DNA from: Pyrodictium occultum | GTDB lineage: Archaea; Thermoproteota; Thermoprotei_A; Sulfolobales; Pyrodictiaceae | Direction of reading: 5' to 3' | Assembly (NCBI RefSeq): GCF_001462395.1 | Contig: NZ_LNTB01000001.1 | Coordinates: 240,001-272,000 of the forward strand | Length of the DNA stretch: 32,000 nt | Shown: positions 10,577 through 18,485 of the stretch, piece after piece | Layout of the letters: every line of letters begins with the position of its first letter | Position numbering within the stretch: position 1 is the first letter of the stretch | Program-made: the position numbers and the translations under genes | The notes under the pieces: model-generated | Told to the model about the DNA's origin: nothing | Seen by the model: the letters and a program-made list of their open reading frames with translations, nothing else | Databases searched by the model: none

Positions 10577-11656
10577 GTGGCGAAACCCCGCGAGAGGAGC
10601 TTCATCGTGGCGGAGGAGCCGGAGCTGGCCCTAGAGCCCCGGGGCCGCTACTGCGTCTACCTCCTCGCCAAGAGGGGGCTCCCCAGCGGCGCGGCCGCGA
10701 GGCTCCTGGCGAGGCTCATAGGCGCGCCGGCGGAGGCGGCGATGATAGCCGGGCTCAAGGACACGGAGGCGACTACGCTCCAGTACGCCTGCCTCCCCTG
10801 CCCCCGCGACCCCCCGGTGCTCGTCACGGTGCCCGGCAGGCTCTGGGCCCGGCTCCTCGGGAGGGCCAGCCGCTGCCCCCGCCGCGGGGTGCTGAGGGGC
10901 AACAGGTTCACCATAGTCCTTGAGCCTCTCGGCTCCTGCAGGGAGCTGGAGGAGGCCCTGGAGAGCCTCCGGGCCGCGAGGCTCCCGGCGTACTACGGCT
11001 ACCAGCGCTTCGGCACCAGGAGGCCGGACACCCACCTCCAGGGCCTAGCCCTCCTGCGCGGCGACCAAGCCGCCTACGCCCGAGAGCTGCTCGCCAGCCC
11101 CTACCCCGACGAGTCGCCCGCGGCGAGGAGGTGCAGGCGCAGCCTCTGGCGCGCCCCCGGCTGCAGCGGATCCAGGCTCTACGAGGCCCGGGCCGCCGGG
11201 GCCAAGGGCCCTGGGTGGCTCCGGCACCTGGTCCCCCGGCAGGTTCTAGAGCTGCAGCTGGCCGCGCTCCAGGCCTACATCTTCAACCGCTATCTAAGCC
11301 TCCGCATATCCATGGGCCACAGCCTCGGGGAGAAGCTGCCCGGGGAGAGGCTTCTCGGCGGGAGGCCCTACGCCCCGGTGCCCGGGATAGGCTACCGGCT
11401 CGGCACTGGCGGGGCTGCCCGGGAGCTCCTCGAGGAGGCCATCGGCTCGATCGGCTTGAGCCCCGAGGACCTGGCCAAGCCGCCTCCGGGGCTCCCCAGG
11501 CTCCGGCCCTACTGGCGCCCCGTCTACACGACTCCCCAGGGGCTGGCCGCGGCGCGGCTGCCCGGCTGCAGGCTGGCGGTGAGATTCAGCCTCGAGAGGG
11601 GTATGTATGCCACCCTCCTCCTCCGTGAGCTGGCCGAGCCCCCGGGCTGCGTGTAG
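10577..11656 (+). CDS. truD: tRNA pseudouridine(13) synthase TruD
   Basis: SFIVAEE (PEDFxVxE-like), AGLKDTEATTLQ (catalytic Asp motif GxKD) and YYGYQRFG. The annotated GTG 10577 is the first canonical in-frame start, but conserved-looking sequence continues upstream in frame (see finding). Confidence 0.8.
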   Translation: MAKPRERSFIVAEEPELALEPRGRYCVYLLAKRGLPSGAAARLLARLIGAPAEAAMIAGLKDTEATTLQYACLPCPRDPPVLVTVPGRLWARLLGRASRCPRRGVLRGNRFTIVLEPLGSCRELEEALESLRAARLPAYYGYQRFGTRRPDTHLQGLALLRGDQAAYARELLASPYPDESPAARRCRRSLWRAPGCSGSRLYEARAAGAKGPGWLRHLVPRQVLELQLAALQAYIFNRYLSLRISMGHSLGEKLPGERLLGGRPYAPVPGIGYRLGTGGAARELLEEAIGSIGLSPEDLAKPPPGLPRLRPYWRPVYTTPQGLAAARLPGCRLAVRFSLERGMYATLLLRELAEPPGCV

Positions 11657-11737
11657 GGTGGGCGGAAGGACGCCCAGGGGCGCAGCGGGGGAGGAGGCTG
11701 CCCGCCCCTCCAGGGGTGAAGAAAGAGCCCGGCCGGC

Positions 11738-12184
11738 CTAGTAGCCCGACTTTATCCTGGTCTTCTTGCCTAGCAGCTCGCTGAGTATCCTCTCGTACAT
11801 CTCCTTGGCTTTACCCAGCCTCCTCTCATCCCTCCTCGGTATCCTCACGACGTACTCTATGCTGCCATCGGGCAGCCAGAGCGTGTTGACGCCCAGTATC
11901 CTTACCGGGTAGAGCAAGTGGGTGGCGAGGCCCCTCACGTCGCTGGCCTTCGGTATGATCTTGACCCTCTTCCCGAGCCTTTCCCTCAGCCGCTGCTCAA
12001 GCTCCCTGGCGTACTTCGTGAACACGGGCACGCTCGTGCCGACACCGAGGTCCATCACTATTATAACCATGTCGTCGTCTATGAAGTAGGCCTTGTAGTA
12101 GGTGGCTTTCTTCAGTATCCGCATGCCCTCGTCCTCCTCAAGCTCTATAAGAGCCTTCATTATATCTACTTCACGCTCATCCAC
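11738..12184 (-). CDS. Putative KH/NusA-like RNA-binding protein
   Basis: 148 aa from GTG 12184. The C-terminal half (IIPKASDVRGLATHLLYPVRILGVNTLWLPDGSIEYVVRIP) resembles the archaeal NusA-like KH fold. An in-frame Cys-rich extension lies upstream (see finding). The family call is tentative. Confidence 0.5.
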   Translation of the reverse strand: MDEREVDIMKALIELEEDEGMRILKKATYYKAYFIDDDMVIIVMDLGVGTSVPVFTKYARELEQRLRERLGKRVKIIPKASDVRGLATHLLYPVRILGVNTLWLPDGSIEYVVRIPRRDERRLGKAKEMYERILSELLGKKTRIKSGY

Positions 12185-12475
12185 AACGCCGCTGTCGATG
12201 AGGCCCTGGCACCTGGGGCAGAGAACGCCGCTCTTAACGCAGACGTAGTCAAGGGGTATCTGAACCGAGGTACACCACCTCCCTCCGCACGGCTGCCATG
12301 ATCGTCATGGGCGGACTGATGCCTGTCAGTGGGTCTCCCGGCTGGCGTGCATGGGGCTTCTGGCCGGGGCCTTCAGCGCCCCAGCCTCCAGGACCCGCAT
12401 AGTCCATGGTGGCCCGGTGCCCTGGGCTCCCTATAATTAATCCTATCCGGCCCAGGCCCGGGCCCGCCACAAGGC

Positions 12476-12483
12476 TTATAAAA
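12476..12483 (+). promoter_or_regulatory. TATA-like box TTATAAAA upstream of tRNA-Ala
   Basis: AT-rich octamer in GC-rich context, about 57 nt upstream of the tRNA 5' end, which would imply a leader of about 30 nt. A second AT-rich element, CTATAATTAA, lies at 12431-12440. Confidence 0.3.
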
Positions 12484-12536
12484 TGTCCCGGCCTCCCGGG
12501 GTCGGCATGGCTGAGACCCTCCCCTGGCAGGAGGGT

Positions 12537-12613
<77 letters not shown>

Positions 12614-12784
12614 CCCCCACCAGCCTCTCCCGGAGCCCCGCGTTCTCCAGCCCCTCCGGGTTCCCCGGCAGCCGGTAGCACCCCGGCTCCTCCCCTGTAC
12701 CACCCCGCTTGGCGGCTCCGGGAGCCTCCTACCGGGCCCTCGGGGCTTTAACCCGGCCAAAGCGCTCCAGCCGAAGCACTAGAT

Positions 12785-14092
12785 GTGGGGGCTCTAGTGG
12801 AGGACATATTGGACGAGATCTTTGATCGAGTGGTGGAGTCCAGGATATTCCGCAACAGGGACATACTGAACCCCGACTATATCCCGGACAGGTTGCCTCA
12901 CAGGGAGAACGAGATACGGAGGGTAGCTAGCGTCCTCGCCCAGGCGCTGAGGAACAGTAGGCCCAACAACCTCTTCATCTACGGGTTGACGGGCACGGGT
13001 AAGACGGCTGTAACCCTCTACGTGCTCCGCCGGCTGGAGGCGAAGGCGAGGCAGCTGGGGGTGGACGTGAGGTACGCCTACGTTAATACTAGGCAGCGGG
13101 ATACGCCCTACAAGGTGCTCGTAGACATAGCATCCAGTATAGGGCTCCGGGTCCCCTTCACCGGGCTCTCCACCGCCGAGGTCTACACCCGGCTCGTCCG
13201 CGCCCTCTCCAGGGCCAGCGGCGTCCTGATAGTGGTGCTTGATGAGGTGGACTGGCTTGTCCGGAGGAAGGGGGATGACCTGCTCTACAAGCTTACACGC
13301 ATAGGCTACGAGCTGCCCCGGGACGCGGCGAAGGTATCCATAGTGGGGATTACGAACGACGTGAAGTTTGTCGAGATGCTTGACGCCCGGGTCCGCAGCA
13401 GCCTCGGAGAGGAGGAGGTTGTCTTCCCTCCCTACAACGCTGAGCAGCTCCGCGACATCCTCTGGGAGCGGGCCCGGGAGGCCTTCCAGCCAGGCGCCGT
13501 CGACGAGTCGGTCATAAGCTACTGTGCGGCCCTCGCGGCGAGGGAGCACGGCGACGCCCGCCACGCCCTCGACCTTCTCCGCGTGGCGGGCGAGGTGGCG
13601 GAGAGGGAGAACGCTCCCAGGGTAACGGTGGAGCATGTCAAGAAGGCCTGGGGACAGCTGGAGAGGGACCGGGTCTACGAGGTGGTCTCAACTCTCCCGC
13701 TCCACGCCCGCCTCGTCCTAGCCGCGGTGATAGCCGCGGCGGGCAGGAGCTACACCACCACGGGCGAGCTCTACAGCGTCTACCGGGAACTGGCCAGCGC
13801 CCTAGGGGTGGAGAGCGTGACGCAGCGCAGGGTGAGCGACATAGTGAACGAGCTGGACATGCTCGGCGTACTCTCGGCGAGGGTTGTGAACCGCGGCCGC
13901 TACGGGAAAACCAGGATGATAAGCCTCGCAGCCGACCCCGAGACCATCGTGGAGGCCCTCTCCAGAGACCCCCGGCTCCGCCGCCTCCTAGGCCAGGTGG
14001 CCGTCCCCGGGGGAGGCGCTGGGGGAGGGGGAGGGCGAACCCCTGGAACCCTAGCCCCTAACCCTAATAAGGCCCGGCGTGGCGGCCGGTGA
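12785..14092 (+). CDS. orc1: Orc1/Cdc6 replication initiator
   Basis: LPHRENEI, Walker A GLTGTGKT, Walker B VLDEVD, sensor and winged-helix C-terminus. GTG start. The last ~35 aa (GGGAGGGGGRTPGTLAPNPNKARRGGR) are low complexity and overlap the tRNA-Lys promoter region. Confidence 0.9.
   Translation: MGALVEDILDEIFDRVVESRIFRNRDILNPDYIPDRLPHRENEIRRVASVLAQALRNSRPNNLFIYGLTGTGKTAVTLYVLRRLEAKARQLGVDVRYAYVNTRQRDTPYKVLVDIASSIGLRVPFTGLSTAEVYTRLVRALSRASGVLIVVLDEVDWLVRRKGDDLLYKLTRIGYELPRDAAKVSIVGITNDVKFVEMLDARVRSSLGEEEVVFPPYNAEQLRDILWERAREAFQPGAVDESVISYCAALAAREHGDARHALDLLRVAGEVAERENAPRVTVEHVKKAWGQLERDRVYEVVSTLPLHARLVLAAVIAAAGRSYTTTGELYSVYRELASALGVESVTQRRVSDIVNELDMLGVLSARVVNRGRYGKTRMISLAADPETIVEALSRDPRLRRLLGQVAVPGGGAGGGGGRTPGTLAPNPNKARRGGR
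14064..14071 (+). promoter_or_regulatory. TATA-like box CTAATAAG upstream of tRNA-Lys
   Basis: Centred about 36 nt upstream of the tRNA 5' end, implying a leader of about 10 nt. It lies inside the 3' tail of the orc1 ORF. Confidence 0.4.
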
Positions 14093-14103
14093 GTCTCCAT
14101 GGA

Positions 14104-14177
14104 GGGCCGGTAGCTCAGCCTGGCAGAGCGGCGGGCTTTTAACCCGTTGGTCCCGGGTTCGAATCCCGGCCGGCCCG
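14104..14177 (+). tRNA. tRNA-Lys (anticodon UUU), no encoded CCA
   Basis: Hand-folded. Acceptor GGGCCGG/CCGGCCC. D arm GCTC-AGCCTGGCA-GAGC. Anticodon arm GCGGG-CTTTTAA-CCCGT. T arm CCGGG-TTCGAAT-CCCGG. Discriminator G. No intron. Confidence 0.9.
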
Positions 14178-14230
14178 CTACGCCTCCAACAGGCAGGTGT
14201 CCACTATCGGGCCCACGGCCCGGCCCTCCC

Positions 14231-15130
14231 TCACCTAGGCTGCTGGCCCCGCGCCCTCCAGACAACCCCCTCCTCGCCCGTCTCCGGCTCCACGAGGCCC
14301 TCCCTCTCCAGCCAGGCGAGCAGCGATGCCAGCGCGGTACGGTTCAGCATGAGCTGCCTCGGCGTCGGCTCCGCCGACCCCAGCGAAACCGTGGCCATGT
14401 AGGTGAGCTTCTCGAGGGTCAGGGGCTTCTCCCGCAGCCTCTCGAGCACCCAGCCCCGCAGCTTCTCCACCGCGGCGATATTAGCCTCCACCATGGCGGC
14501 GGCGCGGCGCCCCCGGGCCACCGGGCCGTGGCCGGGGACTATCGTGTAGCCCTCCTCCGCCAGCTCCCGCAGCCTCTCCAGGCTCCGGACCCAGCCCTCC
14601 AGGTCGGCTGCAAAGGGCACGCCGAACCTCGCCAGCACCCTCTCCCCCAGCACAGCGTCGCCGGCGGCCACCACCCGAGACTCCTCATCCACCACCCCCA
14701 TGTGGCCCGGCGTGTGCCCCGGCAGCGGGATGGAGCGAAGCCCCTCCGGCAGCCCCTCCCCGGGTTCAACCTCCCGGTCCACCCGCAGCTCCACCATGGG
14801 CATGGCGGCGAGCCTCTCCGTGACAAGGCCGCCGTAGACTACGAGGCGGCGGAGTACGCTGGACTCGACGAGGCCCCTGCAGAGCCTCGCCGCATACACC
14901 GGGCCCCCGAGCCCCGGCGCCGCCGCCAGGTGGTCGCTGTGCCCGTGGGTCAGCACCACAGCCTCTAGCCCGAGGCCCAGCCCCCGGAGGGCCTCCTGGA
15001 TCGCCGTGCCACGGCCCTCGCCGATGCCGGGGTCGACAACCACGGCGCCGGAGGAGCCGGCTACTATCACCGTGTTGGGGCTCCCCGGGAGGAGGTACGC
15101 CCTCCCACCTATCCTGCGGAGGCTCTGCAT
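14231..15130 (-). CDS. MBL-fold metallo-hydrolase
   Basis: VVLTHGHSDHLAAAPGL (HxHxDH) with downstream His/Asp ligands (LPGHTPGH, VPGHGP); 299 aa. Confidence 0.8.
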   Translation of the reverse strand: MQSLRRIGGRAYLLPGSPNTVIVAGSSGAVVVDPGIGEGRGTAIQEALRGLGLGLEAVVLTHGHSDHLAAAPGLGGPVYAARLCRGLVESSVLRRLVVYGGLVTERLAAMPMVELRVDREVEPGEGLPEGLRSIPLPGHTPGHMGVVDEESRVVAAGDAVLGERVLARFGVPFAADLEGWVRSLERLRELAEEGYTIVPGHGPVARGRRAAAMVEANIAAVEKLRGWVLERLREKPLTLEKLTYMATVSLGSAEPTPRQLMLNRTALASLLAWLEREGLVEPETGEEGVVWRARGQQPR

Positions 15131-15216
15131 CCCGCACGCGCACCGGGTATAGAGGGAGGTGAGGCGGCGGGCCTCTGGAGGCTAAAAGAAGGAGGTTCAC
15201 GCCTTGCGTAGGGCGT

Positions 15217-15672
15217 TCAGCCCTCTCCCCGGGAGGTGCAGGCGCCCAGGTTCCTGGCGACCTCTATCAATAGGCCGAGGCCTTTCTGCACGTTCTTGTC
15301 GCTTAGGGCTCCTAGCAGGCCGAAGAGGCCTACTGGCTTGGCCTTGGCGGGGTCGGCGGAGGCTAGCGAGCGCAGCGTGCACTCGCTGATCTTCTCGAGG
15401 TTCATCTTCGCCGAGATTACCTCCTCCGGGTGGAGGCGGAGCATCCCCCTGGAGGCGGCGTCAACAACGGCCATTGCCCTGTATATGGCGGGGTCGTTGC
15501 TGATCATGGCGAGCAGGTCCATGCCCTTCTCCGCTATAATTCTCAGCATGTCGAGTATGCCGCTCCTCTTGAGGTATACAGCGACCTCTACGAGCTCCTC
15601 CAGGGCCTTCATGCTCTCCTCGTCGAGGTTGAGCTTCTCCTCTCCCTCAGCCTCCTGGACCTGGGCGGTCAT
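15217..15672 (-). CDS. DUF1641 domain protein
   Basis: 151 aa. The pattern SGILDMLRIIAEKGMDL ... PVGLFGLLGALSDKNVQKGLGLLIEVARNLG matches my recollection of DUF1641. It sits 22 bp downstream of an SQR-like flavoprotein, the usual partner. Confidence 0.65.
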   Translation of the reverse strand: MTAQVQEAEGEEKLNLDEESMKALEELVEVAVYLKRSGILDMLRIIAEKGMDLLAMISNDPAIYRAMAVVDAASRGMLRLHPEEVISAKMNLEKISECTLRSLASADPAKAKPVGLFGLLGALSDKNVQKGLGLLIEVARNLGACTSRGEG

Positions 15673-15694
15673 CCTGGCTCACCCTCGCATAGTG

Positions 15695-16870
15695 CTACTT
15701 CATTGCGGCTATCCATGACTTGTAGAAAGCCTCCTTCATAAGCCTTATAATGGGGGAGGTCATTATGGTGTAGCAGTAGAGCTTGTTGCGCTGTTCCTTC
15801 TCGTCGTACCGGATCTCGCATGTGCCCGCGTAGCCCGAGGTGCCCCAGTAGCCGACGCAGGTCATGGTCTTTGCGTACCCTGCCACCGGGTAGCCGCCGG
15901 TTATCTCGCTGATTATCTGGTCGGCTGCGTAGTCGGCTGCAAAGTGCACTGGGATACCCGCAGTCGGCAGCCCCGCGGGCGGCATGGAGTGCTCTCCCAC
16001 CATGAATACGTCGTCGTAGTCTGGGTGGCGGAAGTTCCTGGGCCTCACCGGCGCCCACCTCGGATCCTGCTTGAGCTGGAAGCCCTCACTCCTGGCCAGG
16101 GGCTCCGGAAGCCTACTAGGAGGCACCTTAATCAACAAATCATACCTCTCCTCAACATTCCCCGCACGAACAACACCCCTCTCACCATCAACCTCGACAT
16201 TACCGTCATGCTGCACCATCTCCACGCCAGCAGCCTGTATCTTCTCCCACCACACCCTGGACACGTCTGTGCCAAGCGCGGCCAGCGGCTTCCCCGTCCT
16301 TTCCCGTGTGAGCAGCACCACCTCGGCCTTTATGCCGCGGTTCTTCATAGTCTCTGCAAGCTGCGTTACCGCCTCGTAGGGGTACATGCCGCAGCGGTGA
16401 GGCGTCTCGGGTACTAGTAGGACTATCCTCCCGCCCTTGAACCTGGCTAGTGCCTTACCTAGCTCGGTGGCCCCCTCGAGCGTGTAGTTGTGGTACCCGT
16501 AGCGGTCTAGGCCTGGGTAGGCCTCCCAGCCGTAGCGGACCCCGAGGCTCACGACGAGGTAGTCGTAGCCCAGCCTCCCACCCTTCTCAGTCTCAACAGC
16601 CCTCTCGCCGGCATCAATCCGGGTAACCCGGTCAACCAGCACCCTGAAGCCAAACCTCCTACCAGCATCAACAATAGAGGCGCGAACCTCATCCGGCACA
16701 GCAGCGCCGAGAGCAACATCTCCATAGAGGGGGCGGAAGTCGTGCCAAGGCTCATCAGCCACAACAGTGACTTCAAGGTCTAGGCCCTGCTTCCTCGCAG
16801 CCTCAGCAAGCTTGCGCGCAGCAACATAGCCCCCTGTTCCTCCTCCCAAGACGAGAATCCGCTTGGCCAC
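15695..16870 (-). CDS. FAD-dependent pyridine nucleotide-disulfide oxidoreductase, sulfide:quinone oxidoreductase-like
   Basis: Rossmann motif RILVLGGGTGGY, PHRCGMYPYEA (the SQR-type Cys loop) and a C-terminal amphipathic tail. I prefer the GTG start at 16870 (MAKRILVLGGG). The ORF track start at 16942 lies too close to, or upstream of, the AT-rich promoter elements. Confidence 0.75.
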   Translation of the reverse strand: MAKRILVLGGGTGGYVAARKLAEAARKQGLDLEVTVVADEPWHDFRPLYGDVALGAAVPDEVRASIVDAGRRFGFRVLVDRVTRIDAGERAVETEKGGRLGYDYLVVSLGVRYGWEAYPGLDRYGYHNYTLEGATELGKALARFKGGRIVLLVPETPHRCGMYPYEAVTQLAETMKNRGIKAEVVLLTRERTGKPLAALGTDVSRVWWEKIQAAGVEMVQHDGNVEVDGERGVVRAGNVEERYDLLIKVPPSRLPEPLARSEGFQLKQDPRWAPVRPRNFRHPDYDDVFMVGEHSMPPAGLPTAGIPVHFAADYAADQIISEITGGYPVAGYAKTMTCVGYWGTSGYAGTCEIRYDEKEQRNKLYCYTIMTSPIIRLMKEAFYKSWIAAMK

Positions 16871-17024
16871 GTTATCAACCCTGCTCTCGGTCAACAGTTC
16901 CTCGTAAACGGGTGCTAAGCATAAGGTAAAAATGCTTTGCATGAGTGCAACATTCGATATAGTAGTAGTGTAATGCTGAATCTAAAGGATTATCGGCTGT
17001 CATGAGCGCCTCTGGCGCCCGCTG

Positions 17025-17591
17025 CTAGAGGGGGCCCAGGGTCCTTGACAGCATGGAGGCTGCCTGGTGGGCTGTGAAGAGGGGCTCCGGGTGCCTCGTG
17101 TAGAGCTGGAGGCTGCACGCCAGCCTCCACGCATCCCTCGGCTCCATGCCGTAAGCTGCTAGGAGGAGGCGCCCCCTCCTGCACTCGGCGGAGCGTAGCC
17201 TGGACCAGGCCTCCTCCAGCACGGCTAGCCTCTCCCTCCAATCCGGGAAGTGGAGGCGGAGCGCCCTCTCCACCGCCTCGCGGCGAGGCGGGTACATGTA
17301 GACGGCCACGGCAGGGACCCCGGTCTCACGGTACAGCCTCTCCGGGTCGAGGATGTTGAAGCCCGCGAACACCACCGTGTCGGTCAGCACCGCCTCGAGC
17401 CGGAACCCCTCCCCGAGGGCCCGGCGGACTAGCCGGGCAGCCTTCCAGGTCGCGTCAAGCCCGTCGACCTCGACAGTGTCCAGGAGGACCCGGCAGGGGC
17501 AGAGGCTACCCTCCCTCCTGCAGTGGACAGCGAGCGCGAGGAGGGTGCGGCGCCACCCCCGCTGGAAGAACCCGTCATCGAGCCCGGCCAC
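17025..17591 (-). CDS. DUF99 (UPF0215) family protein, endonuclease dU-like
   Basis: AGLDDGFF ... VEVDGLDAT ... VVFAGFNILD ... TGVPAVAV matches the DUF99 pattern. The first canonical in-frame start near the conserved core is GTG 17591 (188 aa). The 295-aa ORF would overlap the divergent nitroreductase gene. Confidence 0.65.
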   Translation of the reverse strand: MAGLDDGFFQRGWRRTLLALAVHCRREGSLCPCRVLLDTVEVDGLDATWKAARLVRRALGEGFRLEAVLTDTVVFAGFNILDPERLYRETGVPAVAVYMYPPRREAVERALRLHFPDWRERLAVLEEAWSRLRSAECRRGRLLLAAYGMEPRDAWRLACSLQLYTRHPEPLFTAHQAASMLSRTLGPL

Positions 17592-17699
17592 GCAGCCGCC
17601 CAGGACTCCCCCCTCCTCAGGGCTGCGGCTGTGGGCAGGCGCGGCGGAGACGTTTAGACCACTAAGACCTCCTCCCCCGGGCCCCGGAGGACCCCAGCC

Positions 17700-18434
17700 G
17701 TGCAGTGCAGGAGCTGCCTGGACGTTATAGGCAGCCACGCCAGTGTCAGGAAGTTCCTGCCCGAGCCCCTGGATCAGGGGGACCTGGAGCGGATCCTCGA
17801 GGCCGCCCGCCGGGCGCCCAGCTCGTGGAACCTCCAGCCGATCGTAGTGACCGCCGTCACTGATCCCGAGCTTAAGAGGAGGCTGTCGGAGGCTGTTGGC
17901 GGCCAGGAGCACGTGGCCCAGGCGCCCGTCTTCCTAGTGTTCAGCGTGGACTACCGTAAGCTCATCGAGGCGTCCCGGAGCGTGGGCGTGGAGCCTGCCG
18001 AGCCAGGCCTCGGGCACTTCATCGTGGGCGTGCTCGACGCCGGCATAGCCTCCGGCTGGGCGGCGCTGGCGGCTGAGACGCTGGGCTACGGGATAGTCTT
18101 CGTCGCGCTCTACGCCGACCCCTGCAGGGTCGCGGAGATACTAAACCTGCCCCGCTACGTTGTCCCCGTGGTGGGGCTTTGCATCGGCAAGCCCGCGGAG
18201 CGGCCGGAGCCGAGGCCCCGGCACCCTATGGAGGTGTTTGCCGCCGTCAACCGCTACCCCTCAGCCCCCGACGCCGTCGAGAATGTTGCGGGCATCTACC
18301 GGGGCCGCGGGGTCAAGCTGTTCAGGTACGTGCTCGCCCCGGGCGGCTACTACGAGGAGGTGGGCGGCGCGGTCCTCCGCTGCCTGAAGCAGCGGGGGTA
18401 TAGGGTACCGGGGAGCTCCAGTAAGCATTATTAA
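17700..18434 (+). CDS. Nitroreductase family flavoprotein (NfsA/Frp-like)
   Basis: SHASVRKFLPEPL, APSSWNLQP, and the C-terminal LCIGKP motif; 244 aa; GTG start. Confidence 0.75.
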   Translation: MQCRSCLDVIGSHASVRKFLPEPLDQGDLERILEAARRAPSSWNLQPIVVTAVTDPELKRRLSEAVGGQEHVAQAPVFLVFSVDYRKLIEASRSVGVEPAEPGLGHFIVGVLDAGIASGWAALAAETLGYGIVFVALYADPCRVAEILNLPRYVVPVVGLCIGKPAERPEPRPRHPMEVFAAVNRYPSAPDAVENVAGIYRGRGVKLFRYVLAPGGYYEEVGGAVLRCLKQRGYRVPGSSSKHY

Positions 18435-18440
18435 TTACAT

Positions 18441-18460
18441 GTAAATATTGCGATATTTAC
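18441..18460. promoter_or_regulatory. Perfect 8-bp inverted repeat GTAAATAT-N4-ATATTTAC, candidate operator upstream of modA or AT-rich hairpin after the nitroreductase gene
   Basis: Read directly from the sequence. It overlaps a second palindrome, TTACATGTAA (18435-18444). It lies about 15-35 bp upstream of the putative modA TATA box. Confidence 0.4.
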
Positions 18461-18475
18461 TTAGGTTGGTAACGC

Positions 18476-18483
18476 TTTTATTT
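18476..18483 (+). promoter_or_regulatory. TATA-like box TTTTATTT for modA
   Basis: The predicted TSS falls near 18506. That favours the TTG at 18519 over GTG 18486 as the modA start. Confidence 0.35.
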
Positions 18484-18485
18484 GC

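Noticed and set aside
12300-12536. A C/D box or other small RNA in the 350-bp gap upstream of tRNA-Ala
   Set aside because: No UGAUGA/CUGA box pairs occur at appropriate spacing on either strand. The only near match (ACTGATGCC) lacks a partner D box. The region does hold two AT-rich TATA-like elements, which I treat as promoters.
12614-12784. A replication origin (ORB repeats plus an AT-rich DUE) next to orc1/cdc6
   Set aside because: The upstream (12614-12784) and downstream (14178-14230) flanks are GC-rich with no AT-rich tract and no repeated ORB-like dyad. The CTCCACAG inverted pair at 27754-27789 is far away and also lacks an AT-rich core.
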